This document shows, piece after piece, positions 38,232 to 40,239 of a stretch of DNA of 40,239 nt. The notes beneath the pieces are model-generated. The model had not been told where the DNA came from and searched no databases. It saw only the letters and a list, made by a program, of their open reading frames with translations. Position numbers and translations under genes: made by a program. Position 1 is the stretch's first letter. Every line of letters begins with the position of its first letter. The stretch comes from an uncultured Clostridia bacterium (GTDB taxonomy: Bacteria > Bacillota > Clostridia > TANB77 > CAG-508), in assembly GCA_947624185.1 (NCBI GenBank), contig CANQJG010000003.1:1-40239 (forward strand), given 5' to 3'.

Positions 38232-39725
38232 CTATTTTACATAAAGAACTACTCTAAAGCCCATAATAGCATGGCAAACAGTATTTAAATCATCATCGCC
38301 TTCTGCATGTACTATTGGATATCCGTCTCCGGCATATTTAAAACTACCACCACGTGGAACAACATACATTTTATCTCCATTGATGTTATGTCCTGTCGTC
38401 CATTCCCATACATTTCCTGCCATATCATATATATTATACACTCTAAAATCATCACACAAACCTGTTCCCAATTCTATTCTGTATTTATATGTTGTACTAG
38501 ACTTAGTATAAGTACTATCAGGTTTAACATTAATATTACCTTTTTCATACTTTGATGCATAAGTGTCCCATTTATCAGCATCTGTCAATCCATATTTTGC
38601 CCATAAACCATTTATTTTTGAATAATCTGTTGATGTATTATTGTAGTAGTTTCCAAATTTTGTAGAATTTAATATTGTTCTTTGCGTATCTTTTGTTCCT
38701 AATACATCCTTGAATAACTGACAAACACGATTCCATGCCTGACTATCTATTAAATAACTTCCTACACTATCGTTATTCTTGTCTTTATACATATTTTCTG
38801 CTACCGTTTTTGCATTTGATTGGTTTATGTAGTTCCATACTTGTACACCTTTTTTGCTTACTGGTGATAAACCATTTATTGCATTCAATCCTGCAGTATT
38901 TACTTGTCCCCTATTTGTATGATTATATGTTAAATCGCTATTTATATAGAAGCTTGCATTACTTGGTACTCCTGCTTCATATCTTGCTATATAAAATCCA
39001 CCATATTTCCCTGTACTTTCTATTGCTTTACTAGTTTGATTTTTTTCCCATTTTGAAGTTATCGCACTTATTGTAGCTTCTGGTACACTTTTAGCAACAT
39101 ATACATCATTTACCTTTTTGATATCAGCATCTGTATAATCATCACTCCAAGCTAAGCCCTTTCCTGTAGTTGATGTTCCATTTGTTTCATATTGAGTGTT
39201 ATGACTCCAATTTTCATCCATTACATCATCTTTTGCTTCTCTATATTCACTTGCAGTACATGGTATCCATACAAATTGATTTCCACCAGCACTATTTTTT
39301 AAATCATCTCCTTCTTGATCAGAAATTACAAATCCTGTACTTTTATTTCCACCTGCATAATAAAATCCTTTGGGCACTGGTATTACATTTCCTTTTCCGT
39401 CTGATATTGGTGTTACTTTGCTCATATCCCAATTTGATTGGTTTGGTGCTTCTGTTCCTGCATCTTCAAATTGATCATATAAATCATCTTGAAAATCTTG
39501 TATTCTGTCTTCTTCTTTTTCTTGAGTTTCTTCATATTTTTCTGTTGATTGACTTGCCTTGTCAATTAATCCATTGTCTCTAAGTGCTGCATTTAATACA
39601 ACTCCTGATAAAATTAGCATTACCAATATAGTTACAGATAGTGCAATTATAGTTACACCCTGTTCATTCAAAATTTTCATATTATTTTTGTATGAATTTT
39701 TTGTTTGTATTTTATTTTGATTCAT
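38232..39725 (-). CDS. Type IV pilin-like N-terminus fused to an FGE-sulfatase/C-type-lectin-fold domain (paralogue 1)
   Basis: NEQG|VTIIALSVTILVMLILSGVVL; same motifs; collinear with its neighbour over the full length. Confidence 0.82.
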   Translation of the reverse strand: MNQNKIQTKNSYKNNMKILNEQGVTIIALSVTILVMLILSGVVLNAALRDNGLIDKASQSTEKYEETQEKEEDRIQDFQDDLYDQFEDAGTEAPNQSNWDMSKVTPISDGKGNVIPVPKGFYYAGGNKSTGFVISDQEGDDLKNSAGGNQFVWIPCTASEYREAKDDVMDENWSHNTQYETNGTSTTGKGLAWSDDYTDADIKKVNDVYVAKSVPEATISAITSKWEKNQTSKAIESTGKYGGFYIARYEAGVPSNASFYINSDLTYNHTNRGQVNTAGLNAINGLSPVSKKGVQVWNYINQSNAKTVAENMYKDKNNDSVGSYLIDSQAWNRVCQLFKDVLGTKDTQRTILNSTKFGNYYNNTSTDYSKINGLWAKYGLTDADKWDTYASKYEKGNINVKPDSTYTKSSTTYKYRIELGTGLCDDFRVYNIYDMAGNVWEWTTGHNINGDKMYVVPRGGSFKYAGDGYPIVHAEGDDDLNTVCHAIMGFRVVLYVK

Positions 39726-40000
39726 TTGTTTTTCCTTTCTATTCTATTTTTTTCTCATTTTTACTCTAGTAATTTTCTATAACTCATAAAATATTATCGA
39801 TGTGTCATGAAATATCAATACTTCTTCAATATTTTTAATTTACCCTATTTTGCTTTTTTAATTCACATTTTCTATATTTTGTATTCGGTTTGTTCCGACT
39901 ATTTTTATTTTACCATTACATTTTTTCACTGTCAATTATTTTTACAACTTTTGCAATTTATAAAAATAATCGTAAAAGTAAAGCTACAAAAGACAACAAA

Positions 40001-40038
40001 AAGCCACGTATTTTAGATTAAACTAAAACACATAGCTT
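40001..40038 (-). terminator. Intrinsic terminator for a transcript entering from the right edge
   Basis: Minus strand aagctatgtgttttag-6 nt-ctaaaatacgtggctt (16 pairs including G-U) followed by ttt. Confidence 0.8.
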
Positions 40039-40081
40039 CTATTTCTATGTTTCCACCCGTTTCCTATTATATTTAAAACAT

Positions 40082-40214
40082 TCAAACTGTTGATCAATGA
40101 TGCCATTATATCTACTAAAGTAATTTTTTCTAGACCGATTAACAAATATATGGTAGAATATGGTGTGTGTGTGTGTGTCAGACTGTTGAACAATGAGCCT
40201 ATTATGTCTACTAA
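40082..40214. repeat. Two 37-bp direct repeats (31/37 identical), 96-bp period, dif/Xer-site-like
   Basis: tcaaactgttgatcaatgatgccattatatctactaa (40082-40118) and tcagactgttgaacaatgagcctattatgtctactaa (40178-40214). Confidence 0.85.
40163..40178. repeat. (GT)8 microsatellite
   Basis: Read directly. Confidence 0.95.
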
Positions 40215-40219
40215 TACGA

Positions 40220-40239
40220 CTCTCTCTCTCTCTCTCTCT
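40220..40239. repeat. (CT)10+ microsatellite truncated by the window end
   Basis: Read directly. Confidence 0.95.

Noticed and set aside
36771-38360. DGR template/variable-repeat pair formed by the two pilin-like 3' ends
   Set aside because: Differences include many synonymous third-position and non-adenine changes, as expected for older paralogues; no RT or non-coding template repeat is in the window.
2952-39583. Numerous plus-strand ORFs antisense to real genes (e.g. 5854-6321, 11728-12210, 30590-31102, 37658-38134)
   Set aside because: Shadow frames of well-supported minus-strand CDSs, with F/L/S/I-biased composition and no motifs.
39807-40016. 69-aa plus-strand ORF
   Set aside because: No RBS or motif, composition typical of AT-rich intergenic DNA, and it overlaps the terminator.
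40082-40214. CRISPR array
   Set aside because: Only two degenerate 37-bp units, a 59-bp spacer containing a microsatellite, and no cas genes.

Overview
Very AT-rich bacterial chromosomal segment of Clostridia (Bacillota) type, with almost all genes on the minus strand. It carries small accessory enzymes (two NUDIX genes, one frameshifted; flavin reductase-rubredoxin; HD protein), a trimeric HydABC-type [FeFe]-hydrogenase operon downstream of mnmA and a degenerate DtxR/MntR-like regulator, smpB, surface proteins (amidase-Ig-dockerin, cadherin-like), fba, a cell-surface polysaccharide cluster interrupted by an insertion-bearing argS, an atypical pfkA, an HTH plus 34-aa-repeat protein, an O-methyltransferase, typA, rpsA and two tandem pilin-like/FGE-type C-type-lectin-fold paralogues. 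Three non-coding signals stand out. (1) Three copies of a ~190-200 bp GC-rich structured element have a near-identical core, while each copy's closing inverted repeat has its own sequence yet stays complementary. (2) At the right edge, beside the pilin-like genes, two 37-bp dif/Xer-like direct repeats are interleaved with (GT)8 and (CT)10+ tracts in an open frame ending at a terminator. (3) A covarying hairpin abuts the ribosome-binding site of both hydC and the amidase gene. All calls are from reading the sequence; no searches were run.
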